From a virus, in the IMG/VR virus record IMGVR_UViG_3300032893_000021, positions 25,287 to 89,286 of that record: a stretch of 64,000 nt of DNA. One strand, written 5' to 3'. This document shows, one piece after another, positions 62,663 to 64,000 of this stretch. The notes under the pieces were generated by a model that saw only the letters and a list, made by a program, of their open reading frames with translations, ran no database searches and had not been told where the DNA came from. How positions within the stretch are numbered: the stretch's first letter is position 1; each line of letters starts with the position of its first letter. A program made the translations under genes and the position numbers.

Positions 62663-62908
62663 GTGGTGAACGACTCCAGGATCGCCGCCCTCAGGGCGAT
62701 GGCCCACGCCGACGAGTCCCCGTTCGAGCGGGACGCCGCCCGGGCCAGGCTGGCCGAGGCGGGCATCCCCGTGGACCCGCCCCGCCCGCCCGCGCCCCCG
62801 GCGGCGCCCGCGCCCGGCCCGGGCCCGCGGTGGTGGACTGCGACGGCAACGGTCAACGTCGCGTGGGTCCACGTCGCGTGGGCGTCGGACGGCGTCAACA
62901 ACCTGTAG
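62663..62908 (+). CDS. small hypothetical protein
   Basis: RIAALRAMA...SPFERDAARARL. Confidence 0.45.
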   Translation: MVNDSRIAALRAMAHADESPFERDAARARLAEAGIPVDPPRPPAPPAAPAPGPGPRWWTATATVNVAWVHVAWASDGVNNL

Positions 62909-62927
62909 GAGGCGCGCGAGGCAGCCC

Positions 62928-63644
62928 GTGGCATCCCCGAAGTGGACCCAGGAGCAGAAGGCGGAGGCCGTCAGGCTCTGCTTCAGCGTCGGTGCCAAGG
63001 CGGCCAGCGAGGCCACCGGCATCCCCGCCGGGAGCATCAAGGCATGGGCCAGGCTGGTGTCCGCGGTGGCGTCCGCCCAGGGGGTCGACCCGCTGACGGT
63101 GCCGGTCCGGGGCGAGCCGCCGGACAAGTTCGACGACCCCGTGATCGACCCCGACGACCTGCGGTGGGAGCCCGGCTCGCTGGAACCGGTCCCCTCGCCG
63201 GACGCCAGGGATATAGCCGCGGCCCTGTCGCGCGCGAGGCTGCCCGCGCTGCCCGAGGGCGAGTGGACGCGCAGGCGGGAGATCGCGGTCATGGGCGCGA
63301 TCGCGCGGGCATCGAACGCGGCGGCCCTTCGGGCGGCCGTCCGGCAGAAGTTCCTCGAGGTCGCGATGGACGCCCTCGACCGCGTGCACCTGCCGCACGT
63401 GGACTTCGTCGGCCAGGACGCGGACCGCGTCGTGTACCCCGAGGCCCCGGCGCGCGACTGGCTCTCGTACATGCGGACGGCGGCGCTCGGGCTCGACAAG
63501 TACCGGCTCGAGGTCGGGGAGTCGACGGACCGGACCGAGGTCATGCTCCGGCAGCGCCTCGAGCGCCTGTCGGTCGAGATCGGGGTGCCGGTCGACGAGC
63601 TCCTCCGGGACGCCCGCCGGATCGCCGGAGAGGCCGCCGAATGA
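62928..63644 (+). CDS. putative terminase small subunit / HTH protein
   Basis: AGGAGG SD; WTQEQKAEAV...ASEATGIPAGSIKAW HTH; C-terminal DKYRL..GESTDRTE. Confidence 0.5.
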   Translation: MASPKWTQEQKAEAVRLCFSVGAKAASEATGIPAGSIKAWARLVSAVASAQGVDPLTVPVRGEPPDKFDDPVIDPDDLRWEPGSLEPVPSPDARDIAAALSRARLPALPEGEWTRRREIAVMGAIARASNAAALRAAVRQKFLEVAMDALDRVHLPHVDFVGQDADRVVYPEAPARDWLSYMRTAALGLDKYRLEVGESTDRTEVMLRQRLERLSVEIGVPVDELLRDARRIAGEAAE

Positions 63645-63703
63645 GGCTAGAACTCCCGGGACCCGGTGCGCTACGATGGGGCAGCCCTCAACAGGAGTGA
63701 TCG

Positions 63704-63847
63704 ATGGGGACTCTGCGGGACCTGGCCACGATACTGCTGGCGCTCGCCGCGATCGCGCTGATGTCGCTCGCCGTGGCGGCGGCCGCCGGGGTCGCGGCCC
63801 ACGCGCTCGCCTACGCCTTCGCGGCCGGGTGGGCCTGGGCATGGTGA
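63704..63847 (+). CDS. small membrane protein
   Basis: AGGAG SD; long hydrophobic stretch. Confidence 0.45.
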   Translation: MGTLRDLATILLALAAIALMSLAVAAAAGVAAHALAYAFAAGWAWAW

Positions 63848-64000
63848 CGGGGCGGGGCGGCGTGACGCTGTACAAGGTGACCCGCGAGGACGGCCGCTCG
63901 ATGCACGGCGGCACGGGCCGCTGGACGCCGGGACGCTGGCGCAGCGTGTCGGGGCCCCTCGTGCCCTGCCGCAACGGCCTGCACCTCTGCCGCCCGCAGG
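63844..64000 (+). CDS. paralog of 44704-45414, 3' partial
   Basis: TLYKVTREDGRSMHGGTGRW...PCRNGLHL. Confidence 0.6.
   Translation, partial: MTGRGGVTLYKVTREDGRSMHGGTGRWTPGRWRSVSGPLVPCRNGLHLCRPQ

Noticed and set aside
1-64000. Hundreds of long overlapping ORFs in alternative frames and on the antisense strand (e.g. 12339-14825 +, 16988-19357 -, 10997-12835 -)
   Set aside because: Arg/Pro/Gly-rich shadow frames expected at this GC content; each overlaps a frame with recognisable motifs and GC-rich third codon positions

Overview
The whole window is a very GC-rich (roughly 70-75% by eye) tailed-phage genome segment with siphovirus-type architecture. No host chromosomal genes, integrase, tRNA or CRISPR array were seen. 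Order: 3' part of a MuF-like head protein fused to a HExxH metallopeptidase (<1-1418); an ~8 kb accessory island driven by a symmetric bidirectional promoter and ending in glycosyltransferase and methyltransferase genes (1.9-10.1 kb); prohead protease/scaffold and major capsid protein (10.2-14.6 kb); a ~12 kb block of fibre, lectin and repeat proteins placed before the head-tail joining genes (14.7-27.1 kb); tail genes (27.2-39.9 kb); a leftward early operon with an Arr-like ADP-ribosyltransferase; and a rightward early/replication arm (DUF932, HTH proteins, YqaJ/RecT, AEP primase, AAA helicase, probable origin, DNA amino-methyltransferase, VRR-NUC, RlpA-like, EndoVII, DUF4326/DUF5131/ASCH/DUF4031, probable terminase small subunit). 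The strongest candidates for undescribed biology are: (1) a cassette wedged between primase and helicase encoding a DUF2156/MprF-C-like transferase, a Cys-cluster protein and a fold-type-II PLP enzyme, followed by a methyltransferase, with clamp-binding-like C-terminal tails, proposed as a new DNA-modification pathway; (2) a dispersed virion-glycosylation system of five GT-like and two methyltransferase genes, four GTs carrying an ExD motif, next to Ser/Thr-rich structural proteins; (3) a shared K-Y-S-x-x-Q-x-R motif preceding cargo-like domains in two head proteins; (4) repeated CTG initiation on core virion genes. All functional calls rest on motif recognition by eye; no database searches were run.
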